Shown: positions 19,025-29,210 of the stretch, piece after piece
Layout of the letters: each line of letters begins with the position of its first letter
How positions within the stretch are numbered: the stretch's first letter is position 1
Origin: an uncultured delta proteobacterium
GTDB taxonomy: Bacteria; Desulfobacterota; WTBG01
Length of the DNA: 64,000 nucleotides
Assembly: GCA_963793865.1 (NCBI GenBank)
Contig: CAWCBP010000001.1
Coordinates: 864,001 to 928,000 of the forward strand
Reading direction: 5' to 3'
Notes under the pieces: model-generated
The model's input: the letters and a program-made list of their open reading frames with translations, nothing else
Databases searched by the model: none
Told to the model about the DNA's origin: nothing
Made by a program: the position numbers and the translations under genes

Positions 19025-19642
19025 ATGAAGCAGGCGGTGTTTCTTGACCGGGACGGGGTCATATGCAGGGAAGAGGGATATATAAGCGATCCCCGCCGGC
19101 TGCAGCTGCTTCCCGGCTCCGGGGATGCCATACGCCTTTTTAACCGGAACGCGCTTACCGCCGTGGTTATCACCAACCAGTCGGGGGTTGCGCGCGGATT
19201 TTTCCCTGAAGAGGCGATTGCGGACATGAACCTCGCCATGAAGGAGCTATTGAAAGAGTACGGGGCCTGCCTGGACGGTATCTATTATTGTCCCCATCAT
19301 CCTGAGGGCATTATAGAACCCTATCGAAAAGAGTGCGACTGCAGGAAGCCGGCCGCGGGATTGCTGATGCGCGCTGCACGGGATCACGGCATTGACCTCT
19401 CCCGCTCCTACCTGGTGGGCGATAAGCGCACCGATTTGGAGTGCGCCTGCCGCGCCGGGGTCAAAGGGATACTGGTGCTTACCGGCTATGGCGCTGAAGA
19501 ATACAGGCTCATGCCCCCGGATCCGGAAGCGAAACCGGTCTATGTGGCGGAGGACCTGCTGGACGCGGCCCGATGGCTCATACATGATATCCGGTCACCG
19601 AACCATGAAGATACTGATAGTCAAGCTGAGTGCCATCGGTGA
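19025..19642 (+). CDS. gmhB: D-glycero-D-manno-heptose-1,7-bisphosphate phosphatase
   Basis: FLDRDGVI, TNQSG, CPHHP...CDCRKP, VGDK; LPS context. Confidence 0.9.
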   Translation: MKQAVFLDRDGVICREEGYISDPRRLQLLPGSGDAIRLFNRNALTAVVITNQSGVARGFFPEEAIADMNLAMKELLKEYGACLDGIYYCPHHPEGIIEPYRKECDCRKPAAGLLMRAARDHGIDLSRSYLVGDKRTDLECACRAGVKGILVLTGYGAEEYRLMPPDPEAKPVYVAEDLLDAARWLIHDIRSPNHEDTDSQAECHR

Positions 19643-20759
19643 TGTGATTCACACCCTTCCCGCACTTGAGCTGCTGCATGACAATATTCCGGGCGGCTCG
19701 ATTACCTGGGTGGTGGAGGAAAAGGCGGCCGGCATTGTTGTCGGACACCCCCATCTTCACAAGGTTATCGTATCCAGGCGCAGGCAATGGCTCGCAAATC
19801 TCAGCAGGCCGGCGCGCTGGCTGAAAACCCTTCGGGAGGTTATTGCCTTTGTCAGGGAGCTGCGAGAGGAAACCTATGACCTGGTGATTGACTTCCAGGG
19901 GCTCTGCAAGAGTGCCGTGCTGGTCATGCTCAGCAGGGGCATTCACACGGTTGGCTATGACAGAACGCGCGAGCTGAGCTACCTGGTCCTGAGGCATAGA
20001 ATGGCTCCGCTTCCGGCCGATGCGCACGCGGTCAGCAAAAATATAGCCCTGGTAAAGCATGCGCTGAATCTGGCGGCATCGGCTCAGGGCACAGACACCA
20101 TGAAAGGCGGCGCAGCGCCCGGTCCGTGCCCGGTTGAGAACCGGTCAACGGCCATGCCTGCCGTTGATCGGGATGCTCCGGGCGGCGCGGTCATGCTGGG
20201 CGAGATGGATGAAAGGAGTGTCGATGCACTGCTTCGCTCCTGCGGGGTTGACCCTGCAAGGCCCCTCATGCTGGTTAACGCACCGGCCGGCTGGGAAACA
20301 AAACGCTGGGATGCGCAGAAAACGGCAGCCCTCGCCGACCGGCTCATTAGCGGGTATAATGCACAAATTATCTATACCGGAAGCGGCGGCGATTCCGCGT
20401 TCATTGAGGGAATTATTTCCCGCATGCGGTATCCGGCGGTCAACGCCGCCGGGCGCACCAGTCTCAAAGAGCTGGCCTGCCTGATAAAAAGGGCGCAGAT
20501 TATGATAACCACGGATTCCGGGCCGATGCATCTTGCCGCAATAGTGGGAACGCCCATTGTAGCCATTTTTGGACCCACGGCGCCATGGAGAACCGGACCG
20601 TACACGAACCGGTCACAGATAGTGCGAAAGCAGGTATCATGCAGTCCCTGCTATAAGAGGAGCTGCGCTTCAATGCTGTGCATGAATGAAATCGGGGTGG
20701 ATGAGGTAATGGAGGCTGCCGGATTGTTCATGCGCACATCATGCGCATCGGGAACATAA
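19605..20759 (+). CDS. Glycosyltransferase family 9 (heptosyltransferase)
   Basis: KLSAIGDV, DFQGL-x-KS, DSGPMHLA, FGPT, CSPC. Confidence 0.92.
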   Translation: MKILIVKLSAIGDVIHTLPALELLHDNIPGGSITWVVEEKAAGIVVGHPHLHKVIVSRRRQWLANLSRPARWLKTLREVIAFVRELREETYDLVIDFQGLCKSAVLVMLSRGIHTVGYDRTRELSYLVLRHRMAPLPADAHAVSKNIALVKHALNLAASAQGTDTMKGGAAPGPCPVENRSTAMPAVDRDAPGGAVMLGEMDERSVDALLRSCGVDPARPLMLVNAPAGWETKRWDAQKTAALADRLISGYNAQIIYTGSGGDSAFIEGIISRMRYPAVNAAGRTSLKELACLIKRAQIMITTDSGPMHLAAIVGTPIVAIFGPTAPWRTGPYTNRSQIVRKQVSCSPCYKRSCASMLCMNEIGVDEVMEAAGLFMRTSCASGT

Positions 20760-20828
20760 TATATAAAGGGGCTTTTGCAGGAAGTCTAACAGTTCCAGGT
20801 TTTGAAACAGGAAAGGAGAACACGGACA

Positions 20829-21770
20829 ATGCGCTCACTGGTTACCGGTGTTGCCGGCTTTATAGGCTCGCACCTTGCGGAACGGCTGCTTGAAGAAGGC
20901 CATGAAGTGGTGGGAGTTGACTGTTTTACCCCCTATTATGCCCGGTCAGTGAAGGAAGGCAACCTGAAAGGGCTGCTCTCCCGGTCCGGATTCACCTTCG
21001 TGGAGGGAAATCTTCTGGAACTCGATCTCGCCGCTCTTCTTAAGGGAATCACGCATGTATTTCATCAAGCGGCGCAGGCGGGTGTTCGAGCGAGCTGGGG
21101 AAAGGAGTTTGAGGTTTACACTTCCTTGAACATCCTGGCGACGCAGCTGTTGCTGGAGGCGTGCAAAGGCAAGGAGCTTGAACGGTTTGTCTACGCTTCC
21201 TCTTCCTCCGTCTATGGCGACTCAGCTGCATTGCCCCTGAGCGAGGACAGCATTCCCCAGCCGGTCTCCCCCTACGGAGTCACAAAATTGGCGGCTGAAC
21301 ATCTTTGCCATACCTATGCCTACAATTATGCCATTCCCATTATCTCACTGCGCTATTTCACCGTGTACGGTCCCCGCCAGAGACCCGACATGGCATTTCA
21401 CCGGTTTATGCGGGCTCTGCTGCAGGACGATGTGATTGAGGTGTATGGTGACGGTTCCCAGACGCGGGATTTCACCTTTGTGGCTGACGCGGTTGAAGCG
21501 AATATGCTGGGGATGAAATGTGCGGAGTCGGGGAAGGTCTTTAATGTCGGCGGCGGATCGAGGGTGATGCTTAATGAGGTGCTCGACACCATCCAGGAAA
21601 TTGCCTCCAGGCGCGCGCGGGTGAAATACCTTAAAAGTCAGCGAGGGGACATGAAACATACGCTGGCCGACACCACCCGGGCCGGGAAAGAGCTTGGCTA
21701 CCGTCCCCGGGTTGGATTGAAGGCGGGGCTTAAAGCGGAATGGGACTGGCTGAGCGCTTCCTACCGTTGA
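20829..21770 (+). CDS. NAD-dependent epimerase/dehydratase
   Basis: [31 protein letters not shown]. Confidence 0.93.
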   Translation: MRSLVTGVAGFIGSHLAERLLEEGHEVVGVDCFTPYYARSVKEGNLKGLLSRSGFTFVEGNLLELDLAALLKGITHVFHQAAQAGVRASWGKEFEVYTSLNILATQLLLEACKGKELERFVYASSSSVYGDSAALPLSEDSIPQPVSPYGVTKLAAEHLCHTYAYNYAIPIISLRYFTVYGPRQRPDMAFHRFMRALLQDDVIEVYGDGSQTRDFTFVADAVEANMLGMKCAESGKVFNVGGGSRVMLNEVLDTIQEIASRRARVKYLKSQRGDMKHTLADTTRAGKELGYRPRVGLKAGLKAEWDWLSASYR

Positions 21771-21802
21771 GGCGTTGCCGGAACAAAAGAAAGGAGAAGG
21801 AT

Positions 21803-21991
21803 ATGGCGCTTAAAAAGGAATTGCTTGAAATTCTCGCCTGCCCCAAGTGCGTGAGGGATCCGGGATGCACCGGGGAGCTTGAATATCGCGAAAAAGAAGA
21901 GCAGCTCATCTGCCATCACTGCAGGCTGGTCTACCACGTCAAGGATGACATACCGGTTATGCTTATCGATGAGGCCAGCCCACTGGCCTAG
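21803..21991 (+). CDS. Trm112-family (YcaR-like) protein
   Basis: [10 protein letters not shown]...C-x2-C...[15 protein letters not shown]. Confidence 0.88.
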   Translation: MALKKELLEILACPKCVRDPGCTGELEYREKEEQLICHHCRLVYHVKDDIPVMLIDEASPLA

Positions 21992-22117
21992 CAGTCTGTT
22001 GAAAAACACCCATCTGCCGCGTTACGCTCATCCTTCGTCATTGCGACGTACCGAAAAGTACGCCTCATTCCTCAGCATTTCGCGTGCCTTGCATCTGGAT
22101 GTTTTTGAACAGACTGC
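21991..22117. mobile_element. MITE-like element (127 bp) with terminal inverted repeats
   Basis: GCAGTCTGTTGAAAAACACCCA ... TGGATGTTTTTGAACAGACTGC (22 bp, 2 mismatches), between convergent genes. Confidence 0.65.
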
Positions 22118-22136
22118 GAAATGCTTATTGAAAAAC

Positions 22137-23045
22137 CTAACGTAATCCTGCGCCTTTCCCTGACATGCGGGCGCGAAAGCCCCACTTGATCCTGCGCAGC
22201 CTGGTCATCACCCGGTACCGCTTCAGGGCCCGCGGCAGCAGCCGTGCGGCATCCTCGTTCTCTGCCAGGTAGGCGCGGCACAATCGCATTTGGTCTCCCC
22301 TGGTAACCGTCCCGCTGAACACCCGGTATTTTTCAATCGATCGATTAAATCGCATAAGGTTGTCCAGCTTTTCGCCGGGGTGAAGCCTGTCTTTCAGAAT
22401 TGCCCGGTCGAAATCGATGATAAACACCTCCGGCGATGGCTGCGATTCCCCTTCTCGCAGGAGGACGTTTTTCAGGTGGAGGTCCCGGTGGTAGATGCCG
22501 CTGCGGTGCATGGCGGAAAATGCGCGCGCAACCTCCTCAAAGACGCCAGCCTTGGCACTGAACCGCTGCTCGAGCGTCCGGCCCTTGAGCAGATCGAAAT
22601 AAGAGGTTAAATCGGTGCAGCCCGGGAGTTCCAGAGAGAGGATAAAAGCCCGGTAGAACGGTCCCGGCAGCTTTTCCTTTACCGCGGCGATTATCTCGGC
22701 TGTTTTTATACCTCTCTCAATGATGGCACGGTTGGCGCGCATCTCCTCGAACGGGCGGTTGCCGCCGCAGAAAATCTCGCGGCTCAGGTGGCGGATGAGC
22801 CCGCCTCGCAGGCACTGCTTGATAACCACGCGGGCGCCTCCGCTTTCTTCAAGCGGCAGGGAGACAAGAGATCCCCTTCCGGTGAAGAGCCGCTGTTCAT
22901 GGTGAAAGCTGCGCATCAGGAACCGGCAGGGATCCATCACGCCCAGCTTGAGCAGCCCGGTCCTGTATGCATCTTTAATGAGGGCGGAAACAGTGCCCTG
23001 CTCAAGGAAACTGCACTGTGCCGGAATGGAAGCGCTCTTCGCCAT
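22137..23045 (-). CDS. Kdo/WaaP-family lipopolysaccharide kinase
   Basis: RGGL, YHRDLHLKNVLL, IIDFD, NL-x-RFNRS. Confidence 0.85.
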   Translation of the reverse strand: MAKSASIPAQCSFLEQGTVSALIKDAYRTGLLKLGVMDPCRFLMRSFHHEQRLFTGRGSLVSLPLEESGGARVVIKQCLRGGLIRHLSREIFCGGNRPFEEMRANRAIIERGIKTAEIIAAVKEKLPGPFYRAFILSLELPGCTDLTSYFDLLKGRTLEQRFSAKAGVFEEVARAFSAMHRSGIYHRDLHLKNVLLREGESQPSPEVFIIDFDRAILKDRLHPGEKLDNLMRFNRSIEKYRVFSGTVTRGDQMRLCRAYLAENEDAARLLPRALKRYRVMTRLRRIKWGFRARMSGKGAGLR

Positions 23046-23093
23046 GGTATGGGGAAAGCATGTTCGGGGGAAAAATGCCGAATACGGGTGCTG

Positions 23094-24290
23094 TCAGCGG
23101 GCATTCAATAAGCGATTCGCCTGATCGCGAAAGCGTGCAAAAACCCTGATACAGTACTGCGCGAAGGCAGGCGGATTTTCCCGGGCTGCGGCGCGCATCA
23201 GCAGCAATCCCAGAGCGCCCAGAACCGCATTGGGCAGCCACATGGCAAAAAGCGGTCTGAGCAGGCTGTTTTTGGCGAGCGTCTCAGCCATCAGCATCAG
23301 GAGGTAATAGGCCAGAATGACCAGAAGGCTGATGGTGAAACCGTATGATTTTCCGCCGCGTATTTTTCGTATGCCGAGAGGAATGCCGATCAAACCAAAA
23401 ACAAACGAGGCAAAAGGGATGGCAAATTTTTTGTGATACTCTATTTTGATTTCGATCAATTCCTGTTTCTGCATGCCGCTCATTTTAAGAGAGCGAAGCA
23501 TTTCTGAAAGAGACATCTCCCGGTATTTGCGCTTTTTCTTTTTGAGTTCGCCGAAGGCGGATTTGAGATCCAGGACGATGTCATAGGTGTCGAAGTTGCC
23601 CATCTGAATGGTCTCAAGGTCATTGCTCACACGATGGAATTGTCCGTTGTAAAGCCTCATGTTTATGGACAGTGCAACCGGATCAGACTCTATGAAGGCC
23701 TCCCTGGCAAGTATGGTGGTTGATATGGCCGGGTCGCGACGGTCTGAAATGAAAATGCCCTGTATGCTTCCGCCGCGCACGGATATTTTATCCGCATAGA
23801 TGATCATGCCGTCAAACGAATCGTTAAAAACACGCTCCTGCAGCCCTATTTCCGAGCTTGTCCTGGCGATTTTGTAGGCGAATTCTCTCAGGGAGGCGAA
23901 GCCCCAGGGATAGGCGTAAATGATGATCATGCCGGTAAGGCAAAAGGCAATGAATGAAAATGCCCCGACGGGTACAATAAGCTGGTACAGGCTGATGCCG
24001 GAGGATTTCATCGAGGTAATCTCGTTGTCTACCGACAGCCTGCCAAGTGCGAGCAGGACGGAAAGCAGTACCGACATGGGAATGATATAAACCAAAACGG
24101 GGATGAAAATGTAGGTGATCAGCTGCGCGAGGTCAAGCAGGGCCAAACCCTTGTTGATGAGAAGATCTGAAAACCTTAAGGTTCTTCCCATAAGCAGGAT
24201 CATGCTGAAGATAAGCAGACTGACCAGAAACGGGCTGAACAGCTCCCTGAACACGTAGCCATTTAAAATTTTAAGCCGTATGCTGGGCAT
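23094..24290 (-). CDS. lptF: LPS export ABC transporter permease LptF
   Basis: Y-x-FRE, GRLSVDNEITSMKSSGIS, EYHKKFAIP, WLPN. Confidence 0.88.
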   Translation of the reverse strand: MPSIRLKILNGYVFRELFSPFLVSLLIFSMILLMGRTLRFSDLLINKGLALLDLAQLITYIFIPVLVYIIPMSVLLSVLLALGRLSVDNEITSMKSSGISLYQLIVPVGAFSFIAFCLTGMIIIYAYPWGFASLREFAYKIARTSSEIGLQERVFNDSFDGMIIYADKISVRGGSIQGIFISDRRDPAISTTILAREAFIESDPVALSINMRLYNGQFHRVSNDLETIQMGNFDTYDIVLDLKSAFGELKKKKRKYREMSLSEMLRSLKMSGMQKQELIEIKIEYHKKFAIPFASFVFGLIGIPLGIRKIRGGKSYGFTISLLVILAYYLLMLMAETLAKNSLLRPLFAMWLPNAVLGALGLLLMRAAARENPPAFAQYCIRVFARFRDQANRLLNAR

Positions 24291-24452
24291 AAATGTGATC
24301 TGATATGTGTTGATGTTGCACGCCATAAAGATGAGATGCTCATGAGACAGTGTGAGGGCATGGTATCACACTGCGGCAAATTTTCCAGCACAATTTGCAT
24401 TTTTATGCGCCGCCACGGCGAAAAGCCGGCAGCGGGGCATGACAGAAATGTC

Positions 24453-24480
24453 TTGAAAAAAAATAATCTGACCATATAAT
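24453..24480 (+). promoter_or_regulatory. Putative sigma70 promoter of the LPS glycosyltransferase operon
   Basis: TTGAAA-16 nt-TATAAT. Confidence 0.5.
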
Positions 24481-24507
24481 CAAAGAACAGATTTTAAATT
24501 AAGGCAT

Positions 24508-25641
24508 GTGCGGATAATGAGAAACGTTCCCCCTAATGACCCGCGGAAGATTCTGATTGTTCGATTGAGCGCCATCGGTGATGTTGTCCGTACCCTTCCC
24601 GCGCTGCGAGCGCTGCGCCGGCGATTCCCTGCGGCATATATCGCCTGGGCGGTGGAGGACGCTTCGTCGGATCTGCTGAGCGGCCATCCCGACCTGGACA
24701 GGGTTTTCATTTTCAGGAGAAGCCGGTGGAAACGCGATCTTCGACGCCTGCGTACCTTTTTTAATCCGGCAGCTGAAGTTGCCCGTCTCCTGCGGGAGAT
24801 ACGAAGTGAAAGATTTGATGTGGCCCTTGATTTTCACGGCATTTTAAAAAGCGGTCTGGTCAGCGCATTATCGGGGGCCCCGTTTCGCGCCGGTCTGGGC
24901 AGGCGCTATTGCAAGGAAGCCAACCATCTTTTCAACAATTATCACGTGGACGTACGATCCAAGGCCATTAGCAGGGTTGACCGGAATCTTCGCTTTGTCG
25001 GTTTTCTGGGCATCAGTGAGACGGGCCGCTACGACCCGGTTATTCCTGTCACCGATGATGACCGCGTTGCGATTGACCGCTTTCTGAAAGAGCGTGACCT
25101 GGCAGCCGCCGTTCCGCTGGTTGCCATTCATCCGGGCACAAGCCGCAAAACACTTTACAAGCGATGGAACCCCTCGGGGTACGCCATCCTTGCCGACCGG
25201 CTGATCGAGCGTCTTGGTGCGCGGGTCATATGGACATGGGGGCCGGGGGAACTGGAAACGGTTCAGGAGATTGCCGGTACCATGCGCCATGATTCTGTTA
25301 TTGCCGAACGGATTTCCCTCAGGCAGCTGGCTGAACTCTTCCGGCGCGCGGCGCTGTTTGTGGGCAGCGACAGCGGCCCCATGCACATAGCCTGCTTCGT
25401 AAAAACCCCGGCGGTGGTCATTTATGGCCCGACCGATCCGGTGGTGAATGCGCCGTATCAGCACAGCCGCTTCATCGTTCTCAGCAAGGACGTATCCTGC
25501 AATCCCTGCAGGATCAGGGATTGCAGCCGAGTGGACTGCATGAACGCGATTACACCGGAAGAGGTATTTAACGCGGCGGCCTTACTTTTAAGCGGCCCGA
25601 AGCCGTACCCGGCAGCTGTTGGACAGCAGGTCAGTCAATGA
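24508..25641 (+). CDS. Glycosyltransferase family 9 (heptosyltransferase I-like)
   Basis: RLSAIGDV, DFHG-x-LKS, DSGPMHIA, YGPT. Confidence 0.9.
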   Translation: MRIMRNVPPNDPRKILIVRLSAIGDVVRTLPALRALRRRFPAAYIAWAVEDASSDLLSGHPDLDRVFIFRRSRWKRDLRRLRTFFNPAAEVARLLREIRSERFDVALDFHGILKSGLVSALSGAPFRAGLGRRYCKEANHLFNNYHVDVRSKAISRVDRNLRFVGFLGISETGRYDPVIPVTDDDRVAIDRFLKERDLAAAVPLVAIHPGTSRKTLYKRWNPSGYAILADRLIERLGARVIWTWGPGELETVQEIAGTMRHDSVIAERISLRQLAELFRRAALFVGSDSGPMHIACFVKTPAVVIYGPTDPVVNAPYQHSRFIVLSKDVSCNPCRIRDCSRVDCMNAITPEEVFNAAALLLSGPKPYPAAVGQQVSQ

Positions 25642-26735
25642 TCGATCCGCCGCCTCTGGGCGCGATTGAAAAGGTGCTGGTGCGGGGGGTTAACTGGATC
25701 GGGGATACCATTCTGACCCTGCCTTCAATCGAGGCGCTCAGAAACCTCCTGCCGAAGGCGCACATCACCCTTCTGGCGCGTGATCATCTTCATCCACTCT
25801 TCAGAAACGCGCCCCGGGTGGATGAGATTATATCCTGTTCCGGCGCGGGCGGAATTCGGTGCCTGGAAGAAGAGGCGCGGCTTGCACGGAGGGTCAGGGA
25901 AGCCGGGTACGACCTGGCACTTATTTTCCCCCGTTCCCCGCGTGCCGCCCTGACGCCCTGGCTGGCCGGGGTTCGATTTCGCGTCGGCTACGCTGCCAAT
26001 GGGAGAGGCGTCCTGCTCACCCACAGCCTGAAGGAATCCAGGCAACTGCTGCAAGCCCATCAGGCTGATTACTATTACAGGCTGGTACAGTATCTGGGGG
26101 CTCGCGGTGCACGGTCACTGCCCCGGCTTTACACCGGCAGGGAGGAAGCGGACTGGGCTGATTCCTTTTTTGAGGCTGCCGATATTTCGGGCGAGCATGC
26201 CATAATAGCCATTAATCCCGGCTCCACCTACGGACCGGCGAAGTGCTGGCCGGTTGACAAGTACATACGGCTTGCGCGCAGGCTGCTTTCCTCCTCTCGC
26301 AACCGGCTGCTTCTTGTCGGCGGATCTGACAATGCGGATCTGATTAATTATATGTATCTAAGCCTTAACCGTCGGGTGGCCAGAGCGGTGGGAGAAGACC
26401 TGATGCGGCTGGCAGCCCTTTTGAAACGCTGCCATTTGCTTATTACCAATGATACCGGACCGATGCACCTGGCAGCGGCTGTGCAGACGCCGCTCCTGGC
26501 GATTTTTGGCTCCACGGACCCTGTCACCACCTCGCCGCTGGGTGCGCGCAGCCGCCTGCTGCGAAAGCACATGGACTGCAGCCCGTGTCTGAAACGCCGC
26601 TGCCCTCATGACCACCGCTGCATGGAGTCAATCTCGGTTGAGGAGGTTGAGGCGGCGGCATGGGAACATGTGGCGCTTTCAGGCAGGCCTGCGCCGCGGC
26701 AATCAGTGAAGCAACTTACATCGATAACGGAATGA
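25638..26735 (+). CDS. waaF: Lipopolysaccharide heptosyltransferase II
   Basis: NWIGD, NPGSTYGPAKCWP, NDTGPMHLA, FGSTDP, CSPCLKR-x-CP. Confidence 0.88.
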   Translation: MIDPPPLGAIEKVLVRGVNWIGDTILTLPSIEALRNLLPKAHITLLARDHLHPLFRNAPRVDEIISCSGAGGIRCLEEEARLARRVREAGYDLALIFPRSPRAALTPWLAGVRFRVGYAANGRGVLLTHSLKESRQLLQAHQADYYYRLVQYLGARGARSLPRLYTGREEADWADSFFEAADISGEHAIIAINPGSTYGPAKCWPVDKYIRLARRLLSSSRNRLLLVGGSDNADLINYMYLSLNRRVARAVGEDLMRLAALLKRCHLLITNDTGPMHLAAAVQTPLLAIFGSTDPVTTSPLGARSRLLRKHMDCSPCLKRRCPHDHRCMESISVEEVEAAAWEHVALSGRPAPRQSVKQLTSITE

Positions 26736-26742
26736 CAGCGCA

Positions 26743-27528
26743 ATGCGACCCCCGATTTCAGCCTGTATAATTACCTACAACGAGGAAAAGAATATTGAGG
26801 CCTGCCTTGAATCCATTTCATGGGTGGAGGAAATCATCGTGGTGGACTCGATGAGCAGTGACCGCACCGTCGAACTGTGCAAAAAACATACTGAAAAAGT
26901 TTATCAGCAGGAGTGGCAGGGTCATGTGAAGCAGAAAAACTGCGCCCTGGAGTTCGCCCGACACGAGTGGGTGTTGTGTCTTGACGCCGATGAGCGGGTC
27001 TCTCCTGAGCTGAGGCGGGAAATAGAGGAATGCCTTTCAGGAGAGACACAGGCAGCGAACGGATATTTTTTCCCGCGGCATTCATTTTACCTGGGGCGAT
27101 GGATTAATCATGGCGGCTGGTATCCTGATTACAAACTGCGACTCTTCAGGAAATCAAAAGGGCGATGGGGCGGAAAAGATCCTCATGACCGGGTTATGCT
27201 TGAGGGAACCAGCGCATATTTAAAGTCGGATCTTGTGCACTATGTGTACCGGAACCTGTCCCACCAGCTGCAAACGGTGGACAATTTCTCCGCCATCACC
27301 GCAACCATTTTGGATGAGGAGGGGACACGGTTTTCGGCGGGACAGCTTGTTTTTCGCCCCGTTTTAAAATTTCTGGGCACCTATTTCATCAAGCGGGGAT
27401 TCCTGGACGGGCTGCCCGGTTTCATCATATCCGTGGCCTCGTCTTTTTATGTGTTTCTCAGGTATGCAAAGCTCTGGGAACTGCAGCAGCGCGGGAAGAA
27501 TGGACAATCCAGCCGTACTACCAGATAG
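26743..27528 (+). CDS. Glycosyltransferase family 2 (WaaE/KdtX-like)
   Basis: ITYNEE, VDSMSSD-x-T, LDADE, WYPD, GFLDG-x2-G. Confidence 0.92.
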   Translation: MRPPISACIITYNEEKNIEACLESISWVEEIIVVDSMSSDRTVELCKKHTEKVYQQEWQGHVKQKNCALEFARHEWVLCLDADERVSPELRREIEECLSGETQAANGYFFPRHSFYLGRWINHGGWYPDYKLRLFRKSKGRWGGKDPHDRVMLEGTSAYLKSDLVHYVYRNLSHQLQTVDNFSAITATILDEEGTRFSAGQLVFRPVLKFLGTYFIKRGFLDGLPGFIISVASSFYVFLRYAKLWELQQRGKNGQSSRTTR

Positions 27529-29185
27529 AAACATGGCATTTTCCACGGTGCGGGAGGACGGCATTCACTGGATTATTGATGCCTCCTGTCGTCCGCTTAT
27601 CCCGGCTGCGGCGCTGGGAATGCTGCTCCGGCCGGTTCCGGGTCATGAATGCCGGGTCATCAGGGAAAACAAGGTGCGCCGCAGCATGCTTATCCGGGTT
27701 CCGCAGCTTTCGGAGGTGCTTTTTGCAAAGCTTTACAAAAAGCCGGTCGGGGCCGGGAAGCTAAAATATTTTCTCCTTCCTTCCAAGGCATCGGCTGAAT
27801 GGAAGAACATGCTCAAGCTGTATGAGCGCGGCCTGCCGGTGGCGCGTCCGCTGGCCCGGGGAGAAAAAAGAAGGCGGGGTTTTTTGCAGGAGGCATATCT
27901 TTTCACAGTGGCGCTTGCGGGCGCCATTCCTTTGACCGATTTTGCCGCGGGCATGAGAGACGTCGCGGGTAGAATGAGACTGGAGGAGAAGGCAGCGTGC
28001 CTGGTTTCAGAGATACACAGCAGGGGATTTTTTTTCCGCGATCTGCATGCCGGCAACATTCTGATTGTGCCCGAAAGCGATACCGGCTACCACCTGTGGC
28101 TGGCTGACTTTCACAAGGCATGGCACACGGGAAGGGTGCCCTTCTGGATGCGCGCGAGGGACCTGGCACAGCTGCGCAATTCATTATCAGTATCGATGAC
28201 CGGCCAGGTGCGATTCCTGAAAGCCTATCTCAGGCAGTCAAACCTGCCCCCGGATTATTTCAGAAAGTTGGCGCGGCGGATTGACCACACATCTAAAAAG
28301 TTGTGGAGCACGCACCTCAGGAGCAGGACCAGGCGATGCCTCATGGAAAGCTCGGAATTTTCTGTTTCTACCGGCACAGGTTGCCGAATCTACCGGCACA
28401 AGACATGCCCCGCGGGTCTCCTGGACACGCTGCTTAAAGCGCACGCATACCCCTCCCGCGATACTACGGCGACCTTGAAAAGAACCGCCAAGGAAACAAT
28501 CTCCCTGCTTACTGCGACCCATGATGGAATCGATTACAAGGTTGTGGTCAGGGAATCGTTCTGCGCGACATTTCTTGCCCGTTTGCGATACACGCTTTTT
28601 CCCTCCCGCGCCAGACAAAACTGGATTGGTGCCAGGGCCCTGCGGGTGAGGGGCATTCCGACGCCGGATGCGCTGGCGCTGGTTGAGTACCGATCCGGAC
28701 TTTTGTCCAAAAGATCACTGCTTTTTACCCGGTATATTGAAGGGGCGTGCGAGCTCAATGAGTATGTGCTTTCCCGCTATGGCGGTGCCTTGTCGCCGGC
28801 GACACGGAAGCAGAAGAAAAGGTTTATCCAAACGCTTGCGGAATTGATCCGGGATATGCATGCCAAGGGCATTTATCACGCAGACATGAAATCAAATAAC
28901 ATTCTGGTGCGTGAGGATGGGGATGCCTGGAAGCTGTTCATCATCGATTTGGACCGGGTCCGGCTCAGGAAGTCTCTTTCTTTCACGCAGCGGGCAAACA
29001 ATCTGGCCCAGATTAACGCATCAGTTGCCGCCTGCATTACGCCGGCTGACCGCATTTCATTTTTCAGGCATTACGCGAAGGGAAGATCGCCGGCACCGGG
29101 GGCAAAAAAATACTTCAGGCGGATTATGGACATCGGCAGAAAAAAAAACACCAGGCCCTACGGGCTGGTGTTTGAGGAACCGTAA
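27500..29185 (+). CDS. LPS kinase with two tandem Kdo/WaaP-like domains
   Basis: Domain 1 FRDLHAGNIL/ADFH; domain 2 HADMKSNNIL/IDLD. Confidence 0.8.
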   Translation: MDNPAVLPDRNMAFSTVREDGIHWIIDASCRPLIPAAALGMLLRPVPGHECRVIRENKVRRSMLIRVPQLSEVLFAKLYKKPVGAGKLKYFLLPSKASAEWKNMLKLYERGLPVARPLARGEKRRRGFLQEAYLFTVALAGAIPLTDFAAGMRDVAGRMRLEEKAACLVSEIHSRGFFFRDLHAGNILIVPESDTGYHLWLADFHKAWHTGRVPFWMRARDLAQLRNSLSVSMTGQVRFLKAYLRQSNLPPDYFRKLARRIDHTSKKLWSTHLRSRTRRCLMESSEFSVSTGTGCRIYRHKTCPAGLLDTLLKAHAYPSRDTTATLKRTAKETISLLTATHDGIDYKVVVRESFCATFLARLRYTLFPSRARQNWIGARALRVRGIPTPDALALVEYRSGLLSKRSLLFTRYIEGACELNEYVLSRYGGALSPATRKQKKRFIQTLAELIRDMHAKGIYHADMKSNNILVREDGDAWKLFIIDLDRVRLRKSLSFTQRANNLAQINASVAACITPADRISFFRHYAKGRSPAPGAKKYFRRIMDIGRKKNTRPYGLVFEEP

Positions 29186-29210
29186 ACCCATGCATCAGGG
29201 AACGGCTTGC

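Noticed and set aside
21879..22145. 88-aa ORF (…LLKNTHLPRYAHPSSLRRT…)
   Set aside because: It reads through the MITE-like element and overlaps Trm112; probably spurious.
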